DNA of 44,781 bases, counting the filler, from Catajapyx aquilonaris (taxonomy: Eukaryota): assembly GCA_000934665.2 (NCBI GenBank). It is 2 parts of 2 records of this genome, joined end to end, with 100 filler letters (N's around TTAATTAATTAA, not from the genome) between each part and the next. Parts side by side here need not be neighbours in the genome. Positions count along the whole stretch, not along the records: positions 1 to 22,227 come from KZ539434.1; 1 more part is not named here. One strand, 5' to 3'. The position numbers and the translations under genes are program-made. Under the pieces are notes generated by a model, which saw only the letters and a program-made list of their open reading frames with translations, was not told the origin of the DNA and did no database searches. This document shows, piece by piece, positions 1 to 14,500 of this stretch (position 1 is the first letter of the stretch; every line of letters begins with the position of its first letter).

Positions 1-2811
1 CGAAAAACCCTCATCCAGGCCAGGAAATCCCTCCGGAAAAACTACCTAACCAACCAACCCTTCGGCACCAGCTGACCACACAAAAATCGTCCAGTCCCTA
101 CTTCAATCTTGTTCCCCGAACATGTATATACGGTCACGATGCACTTAACCCGTCTGTTACAGTCCGGCTCCTGCCACTCATACCAGGTTACGATGACAAA
201 TGACAACCTGACCTCACACCTTCTACAGGCTGTTGCGCGCGCATCAAACGTGCCATCAATAAGCGGTAGACCCGCTAATTATTTAATAAAATGCCTCTTG
301 GGCCCCTTCACAAATGAGATATCATCTCATTACCCATTTGCAACTAGTGCAAGACCTAAGCCTTCCTTCATCACTCTATTTTTCATTCGGGATACACCGC
401 AAGACTCCAATTACCTGGGGCTGGCAGACCCCTAAACAAATGTGGCCTGTTGAGTTATACCCACCCAATTGTTACTCACCTACTCTGGAGCAATAAAGCG
501 TGAAATGTTGCTGGGAAGTCGCACGTGATCAATATGTGTTAACACAGCGCAAGGCAGCCAGCCCTTATATTGTATTGCGCAACAAGTGGCAACCGATTCT
601 CGGATAGAAACCAATCTCTATTCCTACCCTTCAAAAAAAAAAACATATTGGCGACTATTAGCGCAAGAAAGCGTTTTGTAGGTGTCTCAAAACCTTCCAG
701 CAAATTGGGGAGCAAATTGGTTAAATTAGGTAGATGTAGTTGGGCAATAATATACCTCCGCCGAATTGTTTCCAGCCGAGCGCAGTGAGGCTTGCAAAGG
801 CGAGATGAGATAAGACGAAAGGGAAATTGCACTTTTCCGGCCAAGCCATCAGAAGGAGAGGAGGGGGCGATCAAGGAAGGAAGATTCTAACGTACATTCT
901 CACGGTTTTAGCCTGACTCGGCTTGTCTTGGCCGCACTCGACTTGGCCTGCTCCGACTGACATCGTTTCACCTCGCGCCTGATTCAATTTCCCAGTAATT
1001 TAGCCAGATTTGCGAGCTCAAACTCCATCCCCGGATCTGGCTGTCGACACTTCAAAGTCCATGTTGCAAAAATAATAATGCATGAAATCTTGGAAAGCTG
1101 GGTACATATGTGCTAAAAATTAGGACATTATTTCGTTGGTTGGCCCCATGCCCTACCCAACTCTGACAACATATGTGGGACTGAAATGACATAATTAACC
1201 ACCCTTTTAACCACATGCAATAACCTGTCATTATCAATTACCACCCGCTACAAAGCCAGAGAGGCGTCGGCGTGCTAAAAGCTGGTCCAAATAGCTGCCG
1301 ACTTTCATTAGCAGCCGCATTAGGAAAACGCTGCAACTTATTGATCTGCTTCGATTTTTCATGTCAAGTCTGATTGATATCAAAATATGGGGGACGGATG
1401 TGTTTGTTTCAAGCAGTCTTCTTGACGCACTTTCTAGAACCAAATGGTTTGATTTGTTAGTAAGGTTGATTGCGTCCTCGAATTAATCTGCCCCCACCTT
1501 CTTTCCCATTCCCTACACTGCATCCCCAAACTAATTTGAACAGTATCGATCGGGCAAAGGCAATTCCCGATCCCATTCCCACCATACTTGTGGCTTTCCC
1601 TTCCCGTAACCACCCGCAGCTCCTTCCCCCTCCATTGTTAACGAGTTGCACAAAGCACCCCGGTGAAATGTGCCACCTCAACCTGCAGAAGTAATCAGAA
1701 AGGAACGAACCGGAAAAAATAATAATAAAAACGCATATTCCACACTTGACATTTCCATCCCCTCCAAAAAAATCAATTGTTGCCTACATCTAGGACACCC
1801 CCTTAGCTAAAGGACGATAAAAAAACCAGGGGGAATTAATCGAGTTTTGTGGATGCAAAAGGGGTGGATGCCTAACCCAGGAAAGGGCCTAGGTTTCGAA
1901 CCAGGCCTTTGCTCCTCGATGAGGAGAGAAGGAAATTAATCTTCCTGGAATTCAATTAGGCCGCGAAGGATTGCGTTGTTCTGATACGCGGCTAATACTG
2001 TTACCTGCAACGCCAGGCTCTGTTCGGCCCAATTTCCTTCCGACAAGACGCTAGATACGAAACAGGACCTCCCCCCTATGCAGCCACTTTCATTCCGTAC
2101 GCCATGTTGAACAATCTGCTCAATCATTGACTGTAAACAGGCTAGTCCGCGACTAGTTTTGCACTTTATATCCTAGCCATACAACTTACAGTGTGGAGTC
2201 ATTTCCAGCTTCATCAAGGAGTCCCTCTGGTACAACTCTGATGGAAGAGAATGGTAGAGGGGGCTACAGCCCATCATTCTCTTCCGGTTTCCCCCTCCTT
2301 ATTCCTCGGGGCCAGCCAAGGCGCGGAACTTATATCCAGGGATGCAATTGGGATCGTGGGCGTAAGAAGGAAGCCTATTGCCTTACTACCGGACATAAAG
2401 AATATCCTCTTTGGCCCATTAAGGTCGTGTATATGGCGGCATAAAATGCCGGGGATGTGCTTCGTTACCCAGAACAAAGTAGCGAATATCTAATGTTATC
2501 GGTTATTTTATAGGCCGTATATTAAGCGGAAAAGGAGGTAGGAGAAAGGAGCCAGCCGCATACCCTAATTTGTCGTGAAAAAAAAAATGAATATCGACGG
2601 ATTCGTGCCAATCTGTCTTGGACACAATGTGTACCGGTGGGGCTATAGTGGGAAGAGCAAGGGAGAACATTTGTTTCCGGCTTGATCCGGCAATGTTGCG
2701 GCGGCCACTCGGCAAAAGGAGAGGCAATCAGTTCTCTTTTCAGAGGCTGAAGAAAAGGCGGAGCGGAGCGAAGCACAGCGGACCAGAGCCCCTCATTTCC
2801 TCCCCATCCCT

Positions 2812-2838
2812 TCCCTCCTCCTCCTCCTCCTCCTCCTC
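2812..2838. repeat. (CCT)n microsatellite
   Basis: Run of cct triplets; explains the poly-G/S/E stretches in spurious ORFs at 2522-2997. Confidence 0.9.
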
Positions 2839-3745
2839 CGAAAAACCCCTTTTGCTGACTCGGTGGCTGTGATGCTGGCCGCTGGACCATTCATCTCTTT
2901 CTTTCTCTCTCAGCCGCCCCCCACTCCTGAGGGCTAATGATGCCCCCACCTCCCTTCCCAAGTCTCGGGAATTAGGCTGGGGGCTCGCCCACATCACGCT
3001 CTAACTACCCCGCACAAATCCCCACACTTGGACTATTTTGTTTATCAACTCGGCATCGCTTTCTGGCCCATGCAGCCTATTTCATTTCCGCGGATTTGGC
3101 TCTATTCGCCATGTCATATATCCGGCCAGGAATGGAGATATAATGTGGACTCAATTTTCAAATTGGAAGAGAGCATAGAATGAGTGTCAAGGCGTAGGTT
3201 TCGGTTCTGTTTTATTCATGCATGAGCTTCGGTGGGGGAAAGCGACTATGGTGTGTGACACTCGTGTCAAACAATTAATAAAATCCCCATTTGCGCGTAC
3301 CGGGAGATTGTCACATTGTTAACTACAAACATGGAAAAGGTTTGTAAATGTAGGGTGTTCATTACTTTAGAGCAATGTGGAGTGTATGACCAACGACGTG
3401 CTGTCAGGGATCCAAAATGATTCCATCTCCATCCCAGCCATCCACTTCCCCCACATAACAGTAGGCGCACGACAAGAATAGCTTTGCCGCAATCATTTGG
3501 CCACCACTACCAACACCCCTTAACAATTGGTCGATCTGTCCTTCAGCTGCGAATATAGGAGTGAAGGACGTTGGGATGTCTGGGGTAGGTCGCACTGGGA
3601 TCAGCGATTTCCACTGTCGTGCGCTAATTGCACAAGACAACAAAGAGTTCTCAGAGCCCATTTTGGATCACTGACCGCACTGTGATCACCTTGCTGATGT
3701 AACTAGTACAAGCAGCCCCCTGACACGCCTATCCCAGCAGCCTTA

Positions 3746-3897
3746 AGGTGCGTTTAAATGTGGGCGATTTGATGAGCGAAGTCTTCGCCGAGGCTGAAAT
3801 TAACAATCGATTTTCGCCTGAAACAATATTGGTTACTTGGGTTTCTCAGCCTCGGCGAAGACTTCGCTCGTCAAATCGCTCACATGTAAACGCAGCT
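3746..3897. mobile_element. PIF/Harbinger-type MITE (152 bp)
   Basis: ~50-bp imperfect terminal inverted repeats (aggtgcgtttaaatgtgggcgatttgatgagcgaagtcttcgccgaggctga vs reverse complement agctgcgtttacatgtgagcgatttgacgagcgaagtcttcgccgaggctga). TTA on both flanks (3743-3745, 3898-3900) is the TWA target duplication typical of PIF/Harbinger. Confidence 0.8.
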
Positions 3898-6800
3898 TTA
3901 TGCAGACCTCCGTGAGCGAAATTCTTCCCACCTGTAGGGAGAGGGGTTGCCGCTTCGGCGCTGGTGTAGGCGCCCATGAGTAACATTTTGCGCACACTTA
4001 CACTACATGAAACTAATTTCTATATGAAAACAGTTATACTGTATACTTCAGGGTTGTTGGGCCACTTGACAGTATACTTGCTTGGTCAGAGTGAGAGCTG
4101 AGATTTGCCATGTTCAGCCATAAAAACAGTGAGAAGATCCACAAGCACGCTTCGATTACAGGGCTACACGTCACTAATAATAAGATTTGAACCAGGAAGA
4201 ACGTATGCAAGCACGGAAGGAGGGAAAGGAAGGGAGGGCTCTCTTTACGGCCAATCGTCCTGAGGAAATCCTTCCGTAACGAGCTCAAATTTATGTCTTT
4301 GCCTGGCAATCGGGAATCGGCCCAATCCCCTCCAGACAAGATGGAAATTGGCTTTGATTGGGGGATGGGGTTGAATTTTTTTTCTCTCCCCTCCCCCCCC
4401 CTCCCCCTTGCTTTTCGTCGATGGTATATGCTCAAGCTGCAGGCACGAATTGAGGATTAAGCCCTGGTATTTCCTTCCGATACATTCATCAGTTGGATTT
4501 ACAACCCCCCATCGCAAAATGTCACTATGCCGATTAGCCTCCAGGTTGTTTAAGTTTTTCCTATTTTTCCTTTTCCACCCCTCTCGGTTCGTCACCACTT
4601 TTCTACGGATTCGCCACCACTGAGAAAATGTTTCTCATTAGCCATCCACCCCCAGACTTAATTGGAACCTCTGATTCGCTCTACAAAGCAGTCTTGCTTG
4701 TTTCTCGGCGCAGCAGCTCAGCTGGAGAAGTCAAGTGCAGAACAGGGAGAAATTGTCTGCGAGGAAACATTAATTTTGGTCTGAACCCGAGGGAATTGAA
4801 GGAGAGCGCTGCCTCGGAGATTAAGCGTCAATGTACACATATCCTGGCTTCCCGCTGGAGGTAAAATGGCCCTGAATTGATTCGGGGCACCCGGTGCAGG
4901 CTAGATATTATGGAGATGACGGGGATGTTATCAACCTTAATCATCGAGCAGCAGCATCAAGTCATATCCGTGGGTGACTATCCGGGAGACATCCAAGCCC
5001 GGCCCTCCCGCCAGCTAAGTCAAGCTCAAGACAAACACATCTCTCCAACTCCTGGAGGCAGATCCGGTCTCTCCCCTTTCCCCTATCTCCATCCAACCTT
5101 GCTCCCCTAGCTGAAACCTTCACTAATCAACCCGACTCTATGAAATGCCCATCCATTAAGTCGGGCCCAGCCTGTGTACTCGACTACAACGCTTCAGCGC
5201 CCTTCATAATTACGGACCTTTCGCGGTCATGTCGCCTGAGATAGATGGAACACCCACCATCCTGTTCTATTCTACAAGACACATTTATAGATCTTAAATT
5301 CGACATGCTCATAGCCCTGAATAGGGCTGATGTGTCCATCATTTTTCGCCATTTGGTTCAGAGAAAAAAAAAACATGGAAAGAAAAATAGCACGTAGGTG
5401 TATAGGTCTGTGGGTCCTTTATCCTGGAATGGGTGCGAGCGAGATGGTAGCAGGCGGCGGGATTAATGGCGTGCCACTAATCAGTGATGGGAAGGCTCTC
5501 TTTCGGACAAACTAGAGACGGGCAAGAAATGGCCGACGTCAAGTATAGGGGAAGGGAAGGGACGGCGGGGGAAAGGAAGTTAAGGGAGCTTCTTCCATCG
5601 AGCTGCCCACTAGCCAACAAGCCCTAGCCCCATTCCGACCATTTTTCTTCTCAGACCTTCCTCACCCACGACTAATTGCTTCTTTGCAAGGAGGAAAGTG
5701 AGGGAGAGAAAGAGGAAAAAGGAACAAGACCAGGAGACTAGAAAAATGGATCCGCTCCTTCAAGCTGCTTTCCACTTTACATACAGAGTACAGGCCTGCT
5801 GCTGCTATATGAATATCGGCATTCTGGGTACTGTATGTAGGCCATTAGGTGATTCTCCTTTATATTAATGATGTTGCTATTCTACTCGGAATAAATAAAC
5901 AGCTTCCGAAATCTAAGCTTTGAGTGCACAATGTGATGTGCTTATGGCTTGACGGAACAACAGACACTATAGCAATATTACAGTACAGTACAGCTCACTG
6001 AGGACAAGAGGATGACGGTGTATTGAGGAATTATATGCCTTTAGAAAACAGGCTGTACATACATGTATGAACGAAAGATAACAGGCAGTATTGACATATT
6101 TACCTTCTATCACCTTCCATGTTTCTACTTACTTTAACACCACCACAATAGGTTTTCGCATAACACGCATATTACAGGCTTACTGCTCCCATGTGGGCCC
6201 TGCGTTCAGGCACTCCAGTTATTATTTTCACCTTGGCTAAACCACTTAACATTACCTGCCGTCACACCAGTAAGCCTATCAACACGCATTGTGCCGAAAA
6301 TAAAAAATGTCCAAAATACCCCGCACCATATTCCAAATGAAAAGGGCACAGCGCCAACGTTGGCCTATAAAACCTGACGCAAATCCTGCCTCTTGTTTGG
6401 CGACATCGATAAAATAAAACGTGTGCAGCCTAGCCCATGCTAAAGAATCTATCAAGCCATCAAGGAACGATCCCAAATCGAATCGGAGGGAAACACAGGC
6501 CCTGCATCAGCCGAGTGCAATGCGAACCAAGTGCAACCAGGCTCAAGCTAAAATCCCATACAAACTTTGCGGCCGCCCTTCCATTCCTATCTGGCGCCAT
6601 AAATGACATCGGACACCACAGTCCGCTCTCTAAATCCCGGGCATCCCCTGCTCAGTTTGCCAACACCAAATTCGCACAATTTTGCATCCTTTTTTTGTCC
6701 ACACGTTACAAAATCAATCATACATCAACTCATCAGGGCACGTTACAAGGCGCCACTCTTTCCCGTCCAATCCATAACATGGGGTGATTTTGTCCCCAGG

Positions 6801-9800
6801 ATGGGGGCGAGATGACACTCTGGTTACTCGGCACGTCCTCAACCGCCATCATGCGAGTAAAAATGACACTGAACGATTTATGCGGAGGATGTCAGGTGAC
6901 ACTCTACGACATCTAGACAAGTACCACTTCCTGAAAGTAAATTGGAACCGAACTTCATAACCCCCTTCCGCTCCTTTAATCACAAGTTGTTGACCGCCGA
7001 GTAATCCAGCAATAACTGCAAAAATGTTCCCATCTCTATCTTCTCCATTTTTTTTGGCCCTTCTCTAGCCCGCCCTCCGACTGGAGAGCAAGTTCCAATT
7101 TGGCACAGGTGATTACTCTTCATCTGTGGCTCAGAAGAGGCTGGGGGGTAAACCTAACTGGCCTCATGAGGTCAGCCGCAAGAAGCGGCCAAGACGACAT
7201 CCTACCAGGACCACCGGACCTAATCCACCTCCCAGACAGCCAATCAAACTTTCCGCCAGCTTCAATTTTCCTTCGTTTTTGGTCTTTTACTGTACGGCGT
7301 GGCCAACATTCAACCCAGACCAGACTCCCATCCCAACCCATTTTTTTTTCTACCAGGGGTTATTACCAAATATTGACATTACTATGCCGCACTGGATGCA
7401 TACACAGCCTGCGGCTTTCATGCAAAAACAAGTGCAGTTTTACAAACAGTCAGCTTTATGCCACACAATTACAGTAACACGTGAGATTATCTAGCGTAGC
7501 CCATTAGGATTTCATGTTTCGTCTCCTAACTCCACCACTTGTTTACAAAAACGCTTTTAAAGCTCTGAAACCGGATGAACTCGCTGGGTTTTCTGCAAAT
7601 ATACATGACGATTGAAATAGAAAGTAGGCCTATCTTGCTTGTCAACAAGAGCCGGAAAATATTTGGAAACTAGGTAAACAACCGGCAGCTTTGCAATCCG
7701 GAGGCGTTTATAGTACGTTCATCCCCAGAATTAGAACCAAGCCTGAATGACTATACCACTCAGTATGTAAGGTCCGACCTAATAGCCACGCATATTCCTC
7801 CTAAACAAACTCACGATATAATTATACTATGCACCTGCAGGATAAATCAGTGCAGTGAGCGACGATAATGAAAAAGTGAGCTTAGGGGCAGTGGAAGAGA
7901 ATCTCCGGCGGGGATAGAATAGAGACTCAGGCGAACAAACGAACGCAGGAACGCAAAAACGCGGCCCAGAAGCAGCCAATTATTCCAGCATCCCCCCCCC
8001 CCCCCCCCATACTCCCCTTCCCCTTGGCTCTAATTGGAATCCAAGCCCAACGTTACTGGGGGGATGTGGAGATGCCACCGCCGTACCGCGTCCTTTCCTC
8101 TTCCAACAGTAAGGTTAGGTTAGGATGGGGTAGTAGAGTGGACCCCAAAGAGTACTTGATCCCAGATGGGCAACCAATGGGAGCTGGAAAAAAAAGAAGG
8201 TAGGAGAGCTTTCCTCTTCCCAAATCTGGCCCAAACGTGCTCTCAAGGAAGTCTACCTGACGGACCAACAGCCATCTAATCAATGCTTAGGTGGCCATCA
8301 TTCCACCCACTCGCATCGTCTTCTGCTGCTATTTGCCCCCTATCCCTGACTGCCACTCTTCTAATGCAAAACGTGCTGAAAGGATTTGAGGTCCTCAGCC
8401 AACTAAACAAGCAGGTGTCTTCCGTGGTAGTCAACTAATCTGGAGGATGATCGTGCCCGAAATGGGCTCCTTCTAATCCCTGCATGAATCCATCGTCACC
8501 CCCGATGCTGATCCACCGAATTCCGGATACATTGTCATCCGGGACAGCTCATCTCTCATTAAACCCCCTTTCCCCACAACGTGTGATGGACTGCTCAAAT
8601 TGGCCCCNCCCCCCCCCCCCCCCCTAGACATGCTGACTTGTGCAAATTCGTCTCATTATGCACGTGTCAATCGGCGGATATAATTTGCTCAATCCGCATC
8701 AGTATAGCATATCCAGGCTAGGGGTGAACTGGAGGGTGACGCTAGGCCTAGGCTGACCGCCGCCATCATTATTATTGTTATTGGCCCCCGCAGGATTGAT
8801 TGTATTTTTTTTAGTTCTATTCCCCGGGATTTACGGTGGCTGGGATCAGTACCGATTCCAATCGCTCCCTGTGGCTATAGGCGCGTTTTATGGGTGGTAG
8901 GTTAATTAGGCTTTAAGCTGCTTCGACGAGCTGATTAGCACTTTTCCTGCTACAGGCAATACGCACTTTTCGCGACTAATTGCCACGAGAATTGGTGCGA
9001 TCCAAGCTGCCAATGTGGCGCTGATAACTGCAACCACAGCACTAAAGGCTAGCTGATGAGGCACCCCCTATTTTTTAACCCACCCCCTTCAAAATCAGGG
9101 GGAAATCCGGACAATCGCTGCATTCGCACCGGATTATTGCTCCTCCACGAGTTTACATGCCAACTGATCGTTTACAACCGCTTACCGTTCATATTTACAC
9201 CACACTTTCATGCGTTTTGCCGCGATACAGAGTGATTTACATGATTCTCCCCCTCCACCATTTTTACTCCCCCGTCCCATATAACCCGCCTATCATATCT
9301 CGGCCGAAAATATTCACCAAGTGATGAATTAATCATGAGCCTTGATTATTCCGCGTAAATCTAGCTTTCGCATCCTGACTGCAGTTCATATAGATATACG
9401 CTTCCGTATTGTTCAAAGTACTCATCCCGAGTAATATTAACCGCGGTTATATACTGCACGGCCACTCATTTCCGGGACTTACAACCCCGCCAGTTCACGA
9501 GCCCTCTGGCATAGAAGATATTTCATTAAGCTGCACTACTCACTCGATCGACTGTAATATTATTAGAGCAATCTTAATATACAGCCCTAAATTACACCCA
9601 CTGCAAGGTCGTTGTGACGTATAATTTCCTGCAGGCATACCCCGCTCAAACCATGCATGGCCATCAAATAATGAGCCTAACCCACACCGCGCCGTCGAAT
9701 ATTATTTCATACCCATATTATTTGGATTCGTAATGGAAGACCGAATGTGGCAGGGGTACACTCTGCACCAACCTACCCCCATGACCTAACCTTCATTCTC

Positions 9801-9801
9801 G

Positions 9802-9862
9802 GCGGATACACGTCTATCCTTCAGCGGATACAGCCTATCCTTCAGCGGATACAGCCTATCCT
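9802..9862. repeat. 21-bp tandem repeat, ~3 copies, interrupted by hAT MITE
   Basis: Unit gcggatacagcctatccttca; resumes as atatccttcagataca after 10161. Confidence 0.85.
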
Positions 9863-10161
9863 CATGGGCGTAGCCAGGATTTAGGTTAGGGGGGGCAGGA
9901 CGCAAATTGTGTCTGGGGAGGGGGGCGCAGGACCCGCCGCAGGCGGAAATTTTTCGATTCAAGGTCACAACCCTTCCTCGCGACCTCAAGTGGGGCAAAA
10001 CGGAAAAGAACCCATAGAACAGTGCAATTCTGCACTGTTCTAGAGGGTTTTAGCGCGTTTCCCCCCCGTTTTTCTGCACTTCCCTGAGATTTAGGGGGGC
10101 AGCCCCCCCCCCCCCCCCNNNNNCCCCCCCCCCCCCCCCGCCCCCCCTGGCTACGCCCATG
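9863..10161. mobile_element. hAT-type MITE (~300 bp)
   Basis: Perfect 15-bp TIR CATGGGCGTAGCCAG...CTGGCTACGCCCATG; 8-bp target duplication cctatcct/catatcct (7/8); G/C-run subterminal regions. Confidence 0.85.
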
Positions 10162-11501
10162 CATATCCTTCAGATACACACCTAGGAGAATAGGTAAAAG
10201 TGCCGGGTCTCCCGATACGAAAGAGTAGCCTATTATTTTAGTCCAGTGACCATGCTTTTCCCAGCCAAAATAAAGTCGTCTTCGAAGACAGTAAGCATCG
10301 CCTCCAGCCAGGTTCATGGGAGTTTGTGTTAATTAAGGAGTTTCAGGCTGGTCCCGGCGGGTGTTGCTATCTTCTTCATCAAACTACTACCGGGAAAAGG
10401 GGGAGCTCATGGACAATGAGGATTCATCCCAGTGTACCTACACAACGGTGTCGACACCATGCGCACCAGCCTCCGGGACATGGAAGGGGAAAAAAGTTCT
10501 TNNNNNNNNNNNNNNNNNNNNNNNNNNNNCGGAAGAATGCGGAGGGAGAAACTTTCCTTTTAATGTGATAGACATGGCTAGAGGGTCGTGGGCGCAGATG
10601 GGGCTCCAGGGGCAGCCAACGCCCTCCGGAAGGAAGGAAGGAAGAAGACTCCTTCTCTCCCCTCCTTCCCCCTTTCACATTCCTTGAATGCAAGCCCAAA
10701 GCTTGCCGGCCCATTCCCACTGGAATCAGACTAGAAATTTTCAGTGGCGGAAGGATACGGCCAGAAAACTTGGTCCTTTGCCCAAGAGACGACCTTTCTA
10801 ATCGAATTTTCGCTTATTTCGGATGGATTTTTGCAGGGGAGGGATTCAATATCGTAATGGAATCAACTTGCGCCGGATTAAGCCAGCCAAAAGGACGGAG
10901 TAGGAAGAGGAGGGGGGACCCCTGGTTATTCCAGTTTGTTCCGTCACAAAGTAGGGAAAGGGGGGGGGGGTTGGGCCAACCGGGTAAGAGCTCTTCAAAA
11001 ATCTCTCTAAACCGAGTCCCGGCTCTATTGCAGCTTTTGTTCTCCAAGTCGACAGAGTCCTCTCACGTGACGATCTCAATCCGAAGCGGATCAACTTTCT
11101 TTCCATCCTCCTCGCTCACTTTTCTCAGACCATTACGTTGGATTCCTTCAAACGAGTTAGATTGCATCTTCCCTATTCTTGCTCTTCAGAATCAATTCTG
11201 ACGTTTAAAGGCCGCACTTGTAAAAAAAATTATGTCAATCCAGATTAATGAGTGTAGACACTAGGGGGAAAGCAGAGAGGATTTCCCCTCTTTGCTACCC
11301 CTAGAGCAAATGCCTTGATTTATTAATAGTTCGCTTTAGAGTACTTGACGCTCCCTAATAGCTTTCATTCGATGCCATATCATTACGTCTGCGGCCACCT
11401 TTTCATGGGAAAACCAAGGAACGATAATAGCGTACTTCTCAGTACATCTTTCTCCTAATGAATGTAGCTTAGCCAGCATGTTTGAAGGAGCATATATGCA
11501 G

Positions 11502-11519
11502 GTGTGTGTGTGTGTGTGC
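11502..11519. repeat. (GT)n microsatellite
   Basis: gtgtgtgtgtgtgtgtgc. Confidence 0.85.
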
Positions 11520-14500
11520 GTTGTGGCGTGTTGCGGTTCCGGGGAGATGTACGCTGCTGTGCTGAGCACTGAATATCCGCCAGCTAAATATCTCCAGCAG
11601 CAATCTCCTGGCACCTTGGTTACAGCCTTAATTAGCAGTGTGGATCGATGTGGCCATAAATCTGGCCCCGATAGGCTAATTTTATTTGGTGGGCCTACAC
11701 AAAGCAGTGGGCAAAGGCTGCACCCGCGGTACATTATGGAAAGGCGCGATGGCGGACTTGACTTTTTTTTTTGTACCTTCCTTTTTCCGGAATGGTTATT
11801 GGGGGCCGCCAGCCATTACCGTTATTCTCCCGCGCCTCCATGCAATGTTCCAGGAAGCAAATTCAGGGGGGCCTGGCCTTATATGCAGCAGCCCATCGCT
11901 GGATCGGAATTCCTCCTCCCCAAAAGGCTCTGGCGCTATTACCAGGCTAAATCTCGGTCGCGGATGCATTCATTCTCCCCCCTTCCCCTACCATACCCCC
12001 AGCACCCTCACTCAACCTACGGATAGTGTGCTGGCCCGCAATTCTATCGGGGGGTATGTGTGAGGGAGGATGAATTGGGTGCGAGATTGGCCGCGGGGAA
12101 TTATTAGATTGCGGCCATATTGCACTGCATCACATATAGTATATACGATGCAGCGGACGGGGGTATGTATAGGCCCGGACACCAATCACTCCCCCTTTGC
12201 CAACCCGTGGCTATTATTCAGAAAATGCGAATCCGCAGAGCCACCAATCACCAGGACTCAAGCTTCAACCCCCCAAACATGTTGATCACCTGCCACAAAG
12301 AAATAACTTGCAATTTGCTTCGTGCCTGCTGACGCTTGGTGTGAACTAACCAAATCACATATGCCGCCAGGCAGAAACAACAAACAAACTTAATCAATAC
12401 AGACTTTTTGTCATTATTTCTATCAAAAAATATGGCTCCGATGTCAACATTGTTCACTCTACATAACTGGGTTCAGGTCTTGACTAGAGCTAGATCTGCC
12501 TCATTTTTCTCCCTGACATGGACCTGGACCATAAATAGGAATGAATCGACCTCATTCCTGTCTTTTGAAGTGGCCAAAAAAAATTCCAATGTGGGAAAAC
12601 CTGGCCTCCAATTGCGGGCTCAAGTTCCCTCGGAAATTCCTTTTGTGGTGAATCCAACATCCGAAGCGTACTCCAATATTATCATGGCGTGGGAATCCTT
12701 TTCCTGCTACGCCTATTGCACCGCACGCATACTTTTGCCGCTAATTAGCGGGGCTGTGTCGTGAAACACTAATCCGGAAAATCCGGGGGTGGTTGCTGAT
12801 GTAGGCCGCCTGCAATGAATTAACCAACAACGCCCGACAACTACGCCTAACGAGGACCGATGTAACACCCCTTGATGTCTGCCCATACACACACCCGGTA
12901 TTGCATCCACTTGAGACATCCCATATAGTGTGTTCAAAAAAATGCGGTCCACCTATATACAGCATGCAGTATAAAATTTATACTGGTTTGAAACCACCTC
13001 TCCTAATTCCGTGTCATTATGCAGGCTTAGCAAAACCTCCTTTAAAAAAATAATTCCATTGAAAGCGGGACAATGTTCCGTCACAATGGTCCGCTTTAGC
13101 ATTCAGCCTGACTTGCCTGCTGGAAAGCGAGGTAAATACGTGTCCGGACAAATGAAAAAGCGCGTCAAATCCGCAATAAGCGGTCGGCTAACAAAGTCTG
13201 CCCACTCATTATTTCTCCGGAAATTAAAGGCCGATCAAATTTGCTCCACATCGGATTTCTGTACCCGTTCAAAATCCGGCGGCTCAATACTTCATGTCCG
13301 CAGAATCTGGTGTGTGACCACAATTTCCTCAGGGGGTCTAACAAGCCTTAACTTCAACAGTGCCGCACTTTCTCTGCAACTTGCCAGTGTTTCCCCCTGG
13401 TGCCAAACAAGAAAATAACAACAATACGGAGAAAAAAACAAGACGCCAAAAGTTGTAGCTACTTTATAATTGACCCGTCCATCAATTTCTAGTGGAGATG
13501 AAAGCTTCAAAAGTTTTCTGGCTATTTGAAGAATTTAATTTTTAATCAATTCTATGCCACCTGTGAATGGCAGCTTGAAGGCACCATCATTCTGGTTATT
13601 TTGGGAAATGTCAGTACTTTCCGCTCACAGTCGATTCTTGTATACTGTACACAACAATCGGGCCCATATCCTTCCGAATTCTCTGCAAATTCTTACTGGC
13701 TTTAACACCTGAAGTCTTCAGGCGCGAACAGGTGCTAATTTTGCACTTCCCCACGTAATCGAGGCCTAACATCACATAAGTGGGCAGGCTTACAAGTTGT
13801 TGTTTTTTTTTGCTTACTTTTTCAACCCCGGGGCCTGGCGTTAATTTCAGATCAAGTGTGGACAGGCAGCGTCCACTTACAGCGTTCACGATTGTTATGC
13901 ACGAAGCCTCGGTGCCAGCCAAAAATCCAACCCCTCCCTACAGTACTTGTTGACTCCCAGATTTACCGCGATGCTTGCATTTTCCCGCGCTGCTGCTATA
14001 AGGGTCCATCGAGGCTACAATTGGACAGCAGCCCAATTCCTCTTGCCAACTCTCTCTCACAGGAATCCCATTCAATTTCCCCAACACATTCAGTGCGGAT
14101 TCTTCTCCAGCTCCTATCGCTCCATTACCCAATGTGGGGGTCCTTCTTTTTTTTTCGATCCCCCGCAATTATTCGCTTGCTGAGAAATATCAAAAAAATG
14201 GGAGAGCCCCTCGCAGTTCAAAATTATGCTTACAGGACATATTTTCGATCCCCTTCTTCAATCCCCATTTCCCGGGACAAAAAAAAAAAAAGGAGAGGGG
14301 AAAAAAAGAGTTTACGATCCTAGTATCGACCACCGAACTGCATTCCGGATGGAAACTGGCGCCAACGAAGAAGAGCTCTCTACCGATGCCATATTGGTTT
14401 TATCGGAAAAGTGCACCATAATTCGAAATACAAGACGCCAGCCGCAACATTTGGGTAAGATAGAATGCAGGTGGGAACCATTTATCAAAACTGGGCCGTA

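Noticed and set aside
1..530. Possible LINE 3' end and SINE-like fragment
   Set aside because: Only compositional resemblance; no RT motif, A/B boxes or tail that I could confirm.
10119..10529. N runs beside G/C and T homopolymers
   Set aside because: Ordinary assembly gaps, not biological.
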